A program made the position numbers and the translations under genes. The notes under the pieces are model-generated. The model was not told the origin of the DNA. It worked only from the letters and a program-made list of their open reading frames with translations, and did no database searches. DNA of 39,722 bases, taken from Patescibacteria group bacterium. GTDB lineage: Bacteria > Patescibacteriota > Doudnabacteria > UBA920. Shown here in pieces: positions 32,375 to 39,722 of this stretch (within the stretch, counting starts at the first letter, position 1; each line of letters begins with the position of its first letter). The stretch is from contig JAGWQI010000001.1 of NCBI GenBank assembly GCA_028870105.1, forward strand, positions 1 to 39,722, given 5' to 3'.

Positions 32375-33883
32375 TTATTTTTTGCGGAAAAAGCGCGGCA
32401 GGGACAAATCTTTAAGCTTTAGTTCCCGCACGCGTTGGATGATGCCTTTGTCATTCTCGTTTAAGTAATGGCGAATACGGTTGCGGGCGCCGTGGGTTTT
32501 GGCGGCTTTAAGCCAGTCGCGGGAAATTTTGACCGGCTTTTTGCTTTTAATAATTTCTATTACGTTTTCTTGTTCCAGCTCGTCAAAAATACTGGCCATT
32601 TTGCCGTTGATTTTGGCGCCCATCATGTGGTAGCCCAAGTCACTGTGCACGGCAAATGCGAAATCAATAACCGTGGCGCCGGCGGGCAGGTCTTTAATAT
32701 CACCTTTGGGGGTAAAGACAAAAATTCGGTCGCTGAAAAAATCGATCTTCAGGCTTTCCAAATATTCTTCGGGATTGTCGGCCAGGTCTTGCCAGGCGGA
32801 AAGTTCTTTTATCCATTCCGCCTGCACGCGTTCGGACGAGTCGGGTTTCCCTTCTTCCTCATAGAACCAGTGGGCGGCTACCCCGCGTTCGGCCTCTTCG
32901 TGCATAAGCTCGGTGCGGATTTGAATTTCCAAGGTTTTACCGTCTTTGTCAAAAACCGTGGTGTGAATGCTCTGGTAGCCGTTGGGTTTGGGTGTGGCAA
33001 TATAGTCTTTAATACGCCCGGGCAGCGGTTGAAAGTGTTTGTGAATGGCGCCGAGCGCGGAATAGCAGTCGCCGGTGGTTTTGGCGGTGATGCGGAAAGC
33101 CACAATGTCGTAAATTTTACTTAAGTCGTTATGGTAGCGCTTGAACTTGTTGTAGAGCGAGTAAATGCGTTTAATTCGGCCGGAGACCTGTAGGAATTTT
33201 ATGCCTTCGGTGCGCAGGATGTGCTCTAGTAGTTTTTGTGATTCTTTAATGTTGGTACCGCGTTTTTGCAGCTCGCTTTCCAGCAGTAGCTTGGTTTGAT
33301 CGTATTCCTTTGGGTATACGATTTTAAAGGACAGGTCTTCCAGTTCGTCTTTCCAACTGCCGATGCCCAGGCGCGCGGCTATCGGCGCGTACATCTCCAG
33401 CGTTTCGGTGGCCACTTTAACTTGTTTTTCCGGCGGAATGTAGGCAATAGTCTGCATGTTGTGCAGGCGGTCGGCCAGTTTGACTAAAATTACGCGAATA
33501 TCCTTGCTGGTGGCAATGAATAATTTGCGCAGATTTTCCACGTAAAATTTGTCTTTGCTGCCGCGTAGGCGCACTTGGCCGAGTTTGGTCACGCCGTCGA
33601 TCATTTGGGCAATCTCTTCGCCGAATTCTTTTTTAATCTCGTCCAGCGTGATTTGGGTGTCTTCGGGCACGTCGTGCAAAAGCGCGGCAACCAGCGCTTT
33701 GGTATCGGGAAAAATTTTGCCCAAAATTATGGCCGCGGCCGTGGGATGAATAATGTAATCCTCGCCGCTTTTGCGCTTTTGCCCTTGGTGTGCGCGAGTG
33801 GCGAATTCCAAAGCCTTGGTTAAAAGCCGCTCTTCATCGGGCGTGAATTTATGCGGAATGGCGTTAAGAAATTTTTTCGGCAT
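32375..33883 (-). CDS. relA: Bifunctional (p)ppGpp synthetase/hydrolase (RelA/SpoT homologue), short form ending soon after the TGS domain
   Basis: - HD hydrolase domain: HPTAAAII...LLHDVPEDT.
- Synthetase domain: PKPNGYQSIHTTV, EIQIRT, AAHWFY.
- TGS domain: IFVFTPKGDIKDLPAGATVIDFAFAVHSDLG.
- Start taken at ATG 33883 (MPKKFLN); the upstream part of the track ORF is AT-rich spacer read-through. Confidence 0.92.
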   Translation of the reverse strand: MPKKFLNAIPHKFTPDEERLLTKALEFATRAHQGQKRKSGEDYIIHPTAAAIILGKIFPDTKALVAALLHDVPEDTQITLDEIKKEFGEEIAQMIDGVTKLGQVRLRGSKDKFYVENLRKLFIATSKDIRVILVKLADRLHNMQTIAYIPPEKQVKVATETLEMYAPIAARLGIGSWKDELEDLSFKIVYPKEYDQTKLLLESELQKRGTNIKESQKLLEHILRTEGIKFLQVSGRIKRIYSLYNKFKRYHNDLSKIYDIVAFRITAKTTGDCYSALGAIHKHFQPLPGRIKDYIATPKPNGYQSIHTTVFDKDGKTLEIQIRTELMHEEAERGVAAHWFYEEEGKPDSSERVQAEWIKELSAWQDLADNPEEYLESLKIDFFSDRIFVFTPKGDIKDLPAGATVIDFAFAVHSDLGYHMMGAKINGKMASIFDELEQENVIEIIKSKKPVKISRDWLKAAKTHGARNRIRHYLNENDKGIIQRVRELKLKDLSLPRFFRKK

Positions 33884-33889
33884 ACTGGC

Positions 33890-33898
33890 ATTATACCA
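33890..33898 (-). promoter_or_regulatory. Extended -10 TGGTATAAT ending 6 nt before the relA/spoT ATG (leaderless mRNA predicted)
   Basis: The reverse complement of 33881..33898 is TGGTATAATGCCAGTATG. Confidence 0.55.
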
Positions 33899-33919
33899 GT
33901 AGTGGCTGAAATAGGGGAG

Positions 33920-33928
33920 TGGTATAAT
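33920..33928 (+). promoter_or_regulatory. Divergent extended -10 TGGTATAAT facing fpg
   Basis: TGG at 33920..33922 and TATAAT at 33923..33928. Confidence 0.45.
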
Positions 33929-33931
33929 ATG

Positions 33932-34006
33932 ATTAAGTAAAATTAACAAATTAAATAAAATTAAGTAAAATTTATTGCGGTCAATTTTGGCCAATTTTAC
34001 TTAAGT
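33932..34006. repeat. Word repeat TTAAGTAAAATT: two direct copies and one inverted copy in the fpg leader
   Basis: ATTAAGTAAAATT at 33932..33944 and 33960..33972. The inverted copy AATTTTACTTAA is at 33993..34004. TCAATTTT also occurs at 33981 and 34011. Confidence 0.6.
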
Positions 34007-34031
34007 ATGATCAATTTTATTTAATCCCGCT

Positions 34032-34988
34032 ATGCCTGAACTTCCCGAAGTCCAAACTATTGCCAGCGAATTAAACCGAAAATTAAGGCATCGGGTAATT
34101 AAATCTGTCCGGGTTAACGCGCCTAAAATGGTGAGTTTGGGCCCTGAGACTGTCAGTAACAAGCGGCAGGTGACAAGCGGCAAAGTAAAAATTTTTCAGC
34201 GGGCACTGGCCGGACACAAATTTGTCGGCGTCAGGCGGCGGGCAAAGCTGTTGATTTTTGATTTGTCTCCGACTTCGCCAAGGCTTCGTCGGACAGGTGA
34301 CCCGCTGTCTATGCTGGTGCATTTAAAAATGACCGGGCAGTTTATTTTTGAAGACCAAAAACTTCGGACTAAAACTGGCGGCAAGTACCGGATGTTCAAT
34401 AATCTGGCCGCGCCGCTGATTCCGCTTCCCGGCAAGCATACCCACGTGATTTTTAACTTTGCCGACGGCAGCCGTTTGTACTTTAACGACATCCGCAAGT
34501 TCGGCTACCTAAAGCTGGTGCGCAACGACGAGCTCGGCCGGATCAAAGAGTTGAAAGAGTACGGCCCGGAGCCGCTGGATGAAAAATTTACCATATCAGC
34601 GTTTTTGACGGCCGTCAAAAACGCTGAACGCAGAAAAATCAAGCAGGTGTTAATGGACCCCAAAGTCGTAGCCGGCATTGGCAATATTTAGAGTGACGAA
34701 ATTCTTTTTCACGCCCACGTGCGGCCAGCGCGCCGGGTCTCGACACTGAGCAGTGACGAATTATCAGCCGTGTATAAATGGATCAAACCAGTGCTCAAAC
34801 AGGCCGTAAAAGCCAAAGGTTCGAGCGTCGGGGACTTTGTGACCACGGACGGCAGCTGGGGGCAAATGGGCAAGTTTCATTTTGTTTATGGCCGGGCAGG
34901 GGAGAAGTGCAAAAAGTGCCGGACCATCATCCGATCGATAAAATTAAACGGCCGCACGGGCAGTTTTTGCCCGCAGTGCCAAAGATGA
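34032..34988 (+). pseudogene. mutM: Formamidopyrimidine-DNA glycosylase (Fpg/MutM) interrupted by one in-frame TAG at 34689..34691
   Basis: The N-terminus is MPELPEVQT. The two track ORFs (34032..34691 and 34719..34988) are in the same frame. Read-through gives GIGNI*SDEILFHA, where the family has GNIY(A/S)DE. The C-terminus carries the zinc finger CKKC...CPQC. Confidence 0.85.
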
Positions 34989-35023
34989 TAGAATTAAGAA
35001 GTAAGAATTAAGAATTTAAGACT

Positions 35024-35275
35024 ATGGAAACAAATCTAGCACGGCCAGCCGATTCCGGCCAGCCAGAGCAAATCAGCAAGCCCAGCACCGACGAAATGCT
35101 GTTGGCGATTTACAATAATACCCATAAGACCACGACCTACATGAAGTGGCAGCTTTACATTACCGTTGTTTTGGTAGTGCTGCCGATTTTGGCCATGGTC
35201 GTATTGCTGCCGTTGGTCTTAAAATCGCTTGGTACTTTAAGCGGCGTGTATGGCAGCGGAGGACTGCTCCAATAG
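35024..35275 (+). CDS. Hypothetical small membrane protein (83 aa, one TM)
   Basis: TM segment LYITVVLVVLPILAMVVLLPLVL. No family recognised. Confidence 0.55.
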   Translation: METNLARPADSGQPEQISKPSTDEMLLAIYNNTHKTTTYMKWQLYITVVLVVLPILAMVVLLPLVLKSLGTLSGVYGSGGLLQ

Positions 35276-35342
35276 GTTAGGGATCACGGGTCTGTACAGA
35301 TATACAGATGTGATATCTGTAATTATCATTAATCTTGAACCT

Positions 35343-35690
35343 ATGCAAGACGAAAAATGGGAACAATTGGTGGAGACGGCCAAAGCGCATTTTAAGAATG
35401 CCAAATTAACTAGGGAAGATTTGATTTTGGAGACACCCGATGGGCCGCAAAAGCAAGGCACGCAGGACGTGCTGGTGTTTGATCATCCCTCGGGCACGCG
35501 CTACAAATTGGCGAGAGAGAACCGGCCGGTGGTTTTGGAGAAAAAAGAGATGTATTCGCACCGCGCCGGGCAATCCGCGCAGGCGCAGTACAAGTTTTCC
35601 GAAACGGAATTTTCGCACCGTTTGCGCGTGTTTAAGGAAATTGATTTTGATGAGTGGGAGGAGGTGACGCTGGATAGTTTGGGGTTGTAG
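35343..35690 (+). CDS. Hypothetical 115-aa soluble protein
   Basis: The internal ATG (MQDEKWEQLV) is preferred. The upstream part of the track ORF overlaps the previous gene and the repeat-rich spacer. Confidence 0.6.
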   Translation: MQDEKWEQLVETAKAHFKNAKLTREDLILETPDGPQKQGTQDVLVFDHPSGTRYKLARENRPVVLEKKEMYSHRAGQSAQAQYKFSETEFSHRLRVFKEIDFDEWEEVTLDSLGL

Positions 35691-35731
35691 CTTACGAACT
35701 GTTTCTAAGTTTGCAGATATTTTAATAAAAT

Positions 35732-36715
35732 ATGTTAAAAGATCGAATCCTGCTAACCTTAAAATTTTTTGACCTCCAGGATTACCCTCTGACGCTTTTG
35801 GAGTTGCGAAAGTTTTTGCTGGCCGATGTCCAGCAGATTAAATTTGTCATAAATACCGAATGGGATCTAATCAGCGTTAATGGTATCCAGTCTGCCCCGG
35901 CCACAGCAGAAGAAATCTTGGCTTGTTTAAATAATGAGTGCAAAGCCGAGGTTGAACAGCAATACGGTTTTTACTGTTTGGCCGGACGCAGGCGGGTCAT
36001 TTTGCAGCGTTGGCAGAATTTTTTATTTGGCATTCGGCGTGAACGGCTGATCCGCCGTTTTGTCGGCGGGTTAAGGCACGTGCCGTTTGTGCGCGGCGTG
36101 GGGTTAGCCGGCAGTCAGTCCATGGGGCTGCAAAAACCTGATTCCGATATTGACTTGTTTATTATTGTCGATTCGCGGTTTTTATGGCTGGCGCGGACCT
36201 TGGTGACCGCTTATTTTCAGGTTCTTGGCCGCCGCCGCCACGGCCGCCACATTGCCAATCGTTTTTGCTTGAATCATTACGTGGCGGCTGGTAAGACTAT
36301 AGGCGAGTTGCGGAATTTATATACGGCCTGGGAGTACGCCAAGCTGCGGCCGTTAGTTTGCGAGCCGGCTGTGGCCGACTTTCAACAAAATAACCGTGAA
36401 TGGATCTCGCGGTTTTTTCCTTCCTTTGCCGAGTCTTTTGTCTTCGTCCGGGCATTGGCGGACGAGCCGACGGGCCGGCAGAATTTTAAGTCGCCACATT
36501 TTGAACCTGCGAATGGCGGCCGGCGCTCATTGCCTCAGAGAATCGTTGAACGGCTGTTTTTAGGAAGTTTTGGCCGCTGGCTGGAGGCCAGGCTCCAAAA
36601 TTGGCAGCTGCCGCGCATTCGCCAAGAGGAGTTTATTTTGGTGCGCGACGACGAGCTGTCGTTCCATCCTCAGAGCAAGCAGAGGGAATTACTGCAGAAG
36701 TTTTTTGTGGGATAA
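35732..36715 (+). CDS. Pol-beta-superfamily nucleotidyltransferase-domain protein with a winged-helix-like N-terminus
   Basis: GLAGSQSMGLQKPDSDIDLFIIV fits the hG[GS]-x9-13-DhDh NTase signature. Confidence 0.75.
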   Translation: MLKDRILLTLKFFDLQDYPLTLLELRKFLLADVQQIKFVINTEWDLISVNGIQSAPATAEEILACLNNECKAEVEQQYGFYCLAGRRRVILQRWQNFLFGIRRERLIRRFVGGLRHVPFVRGVGLAGSQSMGLQKPDSDIDLFIIVDSRFLWLARTLVTAYFQVLGRRRHGRHIANRFCLNHYVAAGKTIGELRNLYTAWEYAKLRPLVCEPAVADFQQNNREWISRFFPSFAESFVFVRALADEPTGRQNFKSPHFEPANGGRRSLPQRIVERLFLGSFGRWLEARLQNWQLPRIRQEEFILVRDDELSFHPQSKQRELLQKFFVG

Positions 36716-36717
36716 TT

Positions 36718-36792
36718 TCTACTAAATACTAAAATGTACTAATAATACTAAACCTGAAGCTTCATTTTAGTATCTTTCGCGTGTTTAGTAGA
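36718..36792. repeat. Two-tier hairpin built from the word TACTAAA between convergent genes
   Basis: Outer stem TCTACTAAA (36718..36726) / TTTAGTAGA (36784..36792). Inner stem TACTAAAATG (36727..36736) / CATTTTAGTA (36763..36772). There is an 11-nt 3' bulge. Confidence 0.6.
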
Positions 36793-36795
36793 AGA

Positions 36796-37527
36796 TCATT
36801 TGTAAAATTCCAGGAGCAAGATTAGCGGGTAGCGGAACATCTGGTAATTTAAGTCAAACCGGCTGCTGTCCGTTTGGCTTTTTAATTCCGCGAGCCTATT
36901 AAAATTTAGATTGGCGCGCTTGGCCGCCATGAAATAGGCGCTGAGCGAATAAAAATGTGAGGGGATTGTTTGCCCGCCGAATTCGCGAATGATTTGCTCA
37001 GGGCCAAAATAATTTTTATTGATGAGCAATTTGGGCTTGCGTCTAAGTAGAAAATCTAGCGGAGATCTTTTCCAGACTGCCGCAGGGTAAGTGTAATACG
37101 GGTTGGGAAGAGTCAAAATTAGCCGGCCGCCATTTTTTGTTTTTGCCGCTAAATTTTTTAACGCCGCGTCAAGGTCGCTTAAATCCGGGCCGGCCATATT
37201 CAAAATTATCGCGTCAAAAAACCCGTCCGGGTAAGGCAGGGAAATTTGAATATCGCAATGCGAAAATTCTACCGCTGGGTAGCGCTGTCGGCCTAAGGCA
37301 ATTAGCTGGCTGGAACTGTCGCAGGCGTAAGTTTTGGGGAAGCGCGGTTTTAACTCCGCGGCCAGCCAGCCGGTGCCGCAAGCCGCGTCCAGTAGAGTCA
37401 AATCACCCTCCGGCAGCGCGCCGCTAATTGCTTGCCCCAAAATTTGTCGCTGGATTTGGCCGTTAAACGAGTCCAAAAAGTCAGTATAAACTCGGGCTAT
37501 TTTTTGGTCTTGATAGGCGCCGTTCAT
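36796..37527 (-). CDS. Class I SAM-dependent methyltransferase
   Basis: Motif I LLDAACGTGWLAAEL, post-I acidic residue (YACDSS), and motif IV-like DAIILNMAG. Confidence 0.88.
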   Translation of the reverse strand: MNGAYQDQKIARVYTDFLDSFNGQIQRQILGQAISGALPEGDLTLLDAACGTGWLAAELKPRFPKTYACDSSSQLIALGRQRYPAVEFSHCDIQISLPYPDGFFDAIILNMAGPDLSDLDAALKNLAAKTKNGGRLILTLPNPYYTYPAAVWKRSPLDFLLRRKPKLLINKNYFGPEQIIREFGGQTIPSHFYSLSAYFMAAKRANLNFNRLAELKSQTDSSRFDLNYQMFRYPLILLLEFYK

Positions 37528-37565
37528 GGTGTTATTATATCATAGCTTTAAGCGGTTTTTGGTCA

Positions 37566-37592
37566 TTATCACTCCCCTTGACAGAGTGCTAA
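37566..37592 (+). promoter_or_regulatory. CIRCE element (HrcA operator) overlapping the groESL -35
   Basis: TTATCACTC-N9-GAGTGCTAA against the consensus TTAGCACTC-N9-GAGTGCTAA, with one mismatch. Confidence 0.8.
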
Positions 37593-37605
37593 AAGACGTT
37601 ATAAT
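37578..37605 (+). promoter_or_regulatory. groESL promoter TTGACA-16-TATAAT
   Basis: TTGACA at 37578..37583 and TATAAT at 37600..37605. Confidence 0.7.
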
Positions 37606-37642
37606 ATCTTTACAAGACAAGTAATTAAAGGAGATTTGGGTT

Positions 37643-37948
37643 ATGAAAGTCAAACCTTTAGGCAACCGAATTCTGGTAAAGCAGTTATCGACCGAGGAGG
37701 TCACGAAGAGTGGGATAGTTTTGCCGGATACGGCGGATAAAGAGAAAAAGGCGCAAGGGAAAATCGTCGCCCTGGGCAGTGGCGGCGAGATTGCGGCTTT
37801 GGGTCTGAAAGTCGGCGATACGGTTGTGTTCGGCAAGTATGCCGGAGACGAGGTCGAGTTGGAAGATAACGGCGAAAAAGTCGAGTATAAAATTCTATAC
37901 GTCGGCAAGGAAGAGGATAAGAGTGACGTATTGGCAATAGTAGAATAA
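37643..37948 (+). CDS. groES: Co-chaperonin GroES
   Basis: MKVKPLGNRILVKQ...KSGIVLPDTA...GKIVALG. SD AAGGAG is upstream. Confidence 0.97.
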   Translation: MKVKPLGNRILVKQLSTEEVTKSGIVLPDTADKEKKAQGKIVALGSGGEIAALGLKVGDTVVFGKYAGDEVELEDNGEKVEYKILYVGKEEDKSDVLAIVE

Positions 37949-37956
37949 ATTTAAAA

Positions 37957-38053
37957 TTCGAATTTCGAAATCCGAAGAATAACCGAAATTCAAATTTTCA
38001 TTTTCAGAAATTAAGACTTGTTTCGAATTTCGTGCTTCGTGCTTCGAATTTCG
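37957..38053. repeat. Word repeat TTCGAATTTCG (three copies) plus tandem TGCTTCG (two copies) in the 118-nt groES-groEL spacer
   Basis: Copies at 37957..37967, 38022..38032 and 38043..38053. The inverted half CGAAATT is at 37984..37990. Confidence 0.6.
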
Positions 38054-38066
38054 ACAAAGGAGTGTT

Positions 38067-39722
38067 ATGGCGAAAATTATCAAATCGGGTTTTCAGGCCA
38101 AGCAGGCCATTAAGAATGGCGTGGACATTGCGGCTAACGCCGTGAGGGTCACTTTAGGCCCAACAGGCAAAGCCGTGATTTTAGACAAGGGTTTTGGCAG
38201 CCCGACGGTAACCGACGACGGCGTGACGGTGGCCAAGGACATTGAACTGGAAGACAAGTTCGAAAACGTGGGCGCTTCCCTGATTCAGGAAGTGGCCAAT
38301 AAAACCAATGAAGCGGCTGGTGATGGTACGACCACGGCCACGGTATTGGCCCAGAAAATGGTGGAGAAAGGTTTTGAAGCCGCGGCTTTGGCCAGTAGCC
38401 AGGCCATGAATATTAAAAAGGGTATGGATAAAGCCGTGGCCTTTGTGGTGGAAGAGCTGAGGAAAGTTAAGCGGGACGTGAAAACCAAGGGAGAAATTAA
38501 ACAGGTGGCCACGATTGCTTCGCTCGATAACGAGGTTGGCGAACTGATTTCGGAAATGATGGAGCAGGTCGGCCACGAAGGGATTATTACCGTGGAAGAA
38601 GGCCAAACCACGGGCTTGGACAAGGAAGTGGTTAAAGGCATGCGGTTTGACAAAGGGTTCGTGAATCCGTACATGGTGACAAACACCGAGCGCATGGAAG
38701 CCGTGTGGGAAGATTCCTACATTCTGATTACCGATAAAAAAGTTTCCAGCGTGCAAGACGTGTTGCCGGTGCTGGAAAAGGTCGCGCAGAGCGGCAAAAA
38801 GGAGATTGTAATTATTGCCGACGAAGTTGAAGGCGAAGCCTTGGCGACTTTCGTGCTCAATAAGCTCAAAGGTACTTTTAACGTGCTGGCGGTTAAAGCC
38901 CCGGGTTTTGGCGACCGGCGCAAGGAAATGTTGCAGGACATTGCGGTATTAACCGGCGGCCAGGTAATTACCGAAGATTTGGGGCTCAAGCTCGACAAGA
39001 CAGAGTTAGAGCAATTGGGCCGGGCGCGCAAAGTTATTGCGACCAAGGAGTATACCACGATTGTTGACGGCCAGGGCGATAAAAAGAAAATCGAGGAACG
39101 TGTTAACCAGATTAAAGCCGAATATAAAGAATCGAGTTCGGATTACGACAAGGAAAAACTGCAGGAACGCGTGGCCCGTTTGGCCGGCGGCGTGGGCGTT
39201 ATCAAAGTGGGTGCTTTTACGGAAACCGAAATGAAGGCCAAAAAGTTTAAGATTGAGGACGCGCTTAATGCTACGCGCGCGGCCGTGCAGGAGGGGATTG
39301 TGGCTGGCGGCGGCGCGGCGTTGGCCCGGATTGCCCCCAAGCTTGACGGTTTCGCCGATGGCATGAATTTTGCAGAACGCGCCGGCGTCAAGGTGGTGCG
39401 TGATTCCCTGGAGGCTCCGTTGCGCCAGATCGCGGCCAACAGCGGTATTGAGCCGACCGGCATTGTTTCGTTTATCCAATCTAGCAAGAGCGAACATGTG
39501 GGCTTTGACTTTTCCAAATACGACGGCGGCAATTGGGAAAACGGCAAAGTCGAGGACATGATGGAAGCCGGCATTGTTGATCCGCTGAAGGTCACGCGTT
39601 TGGCTCTGGAGAACGCCGTGTCGATTGCCTCGATTTTGGTAACCAGCGAAGCCATTGTCGTGGACAAGCCCGAGCCCAAGGCTCCGGCCATGCCCTCTGG
39701 CGGCGGAATGGGCGGGATGGGC
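38067..39722 (+). CDS. groEL: Chaperonin GroEL (552 codons; 3' end just beyond the window)
   Basis: Not in the ORF track because there is no stop in the window. [15 protein letters not shown]...[12 protein letters not shown]...; it ends in the GGM-type tail [19 protein letters not shown] is upstream. Confidence 0.97.
   Translation, partial: MAKIIKSGFQAKQAIKNGVDIAANAVRVTLGPTGKAVILDKGFGSPTVTDDGVTVAKDIELEDKFENVGASLIQEVANKTNEAAGDGTTTATVLAQKMVEKGFEAAALASSQAMNIKKGMDKAVAFVVEELRKVKRDVKTKGEIKQVATIASLDNEVGELISEMMEQVGHEGIITVEEGQTTGLDKEVVKGMRFDKGFVNPYMVTNTERMEAVWEDSYILITDKKVSSVQDVLPVLEKVAQSGKKEIVIIADEVEGEALATFVLNKLKGTFNVLAVKAPGFGDRRKEMLQDIAVLTGGQVITEDLGLKLDKTELEQLGRARKVIATKEYTTIVDGQGDKKKIEERVNQIKAEYKESSSDYDKEKLQERVARLAGGVGVIKVGAFTETEMKAKKFKIEDALNATRAAVQEGIVAGGGAALARIAPKLDGFADGMNFAERAGVKVVRDSLEAPLRQIAANSGIEPTGIVSFIQSSKSEHVGFDFSKYDGGNWENGKVEDMMEAGIVDPLKVTRLALENAVSIASILVTSEAIVVDKPEPKAPAMPSGGGMGGMG

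Noticed and set aside
34689-34691. Genome-wide reassignment of TAG to a sense codon
   Set aside because: TAG terminates at least four well-delimited genes at their expected C-termini: the HisRS-like gene (7906), HIT (8285), ftsA (10656) and the 101-aa gene (18904). A global recoding is therefore unlikely. Local read-through or a mutation remains possible.
38181-39691. Four minus-strand ORFs of 113-191 aa inside the groEL region
   Set aside because: All are antisense to groEL. groEL is missing from the track only because it lacks a stop in the window. None of the four has a recognisable motif.
1-39722. CRISPR arrays, rRNA genes, transposases/integrases, toxin-antitoxin pairs, known defence-system genes
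   Set aside because: - There is no regularly spaced repeat array.
- There is no rRNA-like sequence.
- None of the translated ORFs shows DDE, tyrosine- or serine-recombinase, nuclease-helicase or NTPase signatures typical of such systems.

Overview
The window reads as a housekeeping stretch of a small, streamlined bacterial genome. The gene content suggests Patescibacteria/CPR, but that is inference: a truncated RelA/SpoT homologue, a long-form Ndk, a ComEC without a lactamase domain, NrdJ with CobO and DUF4430, and many lineage-specific ORFans. The genetic code is standard, since TAA, TAG and TGA all terminate recognisable genes.

I can support about 40 protein genes and one tRNA-Val(CAC). 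I see no rRNA, CRISPR array, transposase or integrase.

- **Recognisable genes:** CapA-like (partial), dprA, pth, der, an LCP-family gene, lepB, a HisRS-like gene, HIT, rpsU, yqeY, ftsA, ftsZ, a PurM-like gene, nrdR, nrdJ, cobO, a DUF4430 lipoprotein, a putative vitamin-uptake membrane protein, DUF167, comEC, a cyclophilin, ndk, relA/spoT, fpg, a Pol-beta-type nucleotidyltransferase, a SAM methyltransferase, groES and groEL (partial).
- **Most unusual feature:** ftsA and ftsZ, normally neighbours, lie 8.4 kb apart. Between them is a six-gene block with no recognisable families. It comprises two modular Pro/Ala-rich envelope proteins and a tightly packed 845/261/722/101-aa operon, with its own consensus promoter, terminators and paralogous start-codon hairpins.
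- **Other points worth a second look:**
  - an orphan promoter-terminator pair around a strongly folded ~245-nt ORF-free transcript;
  - a HisRS-like gene with degenerate catalytic motifs;
  - fpg interrupted by one in-frame TAG at a conserved Tyr;
  - an orphan PurM-like gene;
  - a coherent B12 uptake, activation and use module under tandem NrdR boxes;
  - a leaderless relA/spoT;
  - a recurring pattern of AT-rich intergenic spacers, each built from its own repeated word and folding into two-tier hairpins.

All family calls come from motifs read by eye. No database search was run.
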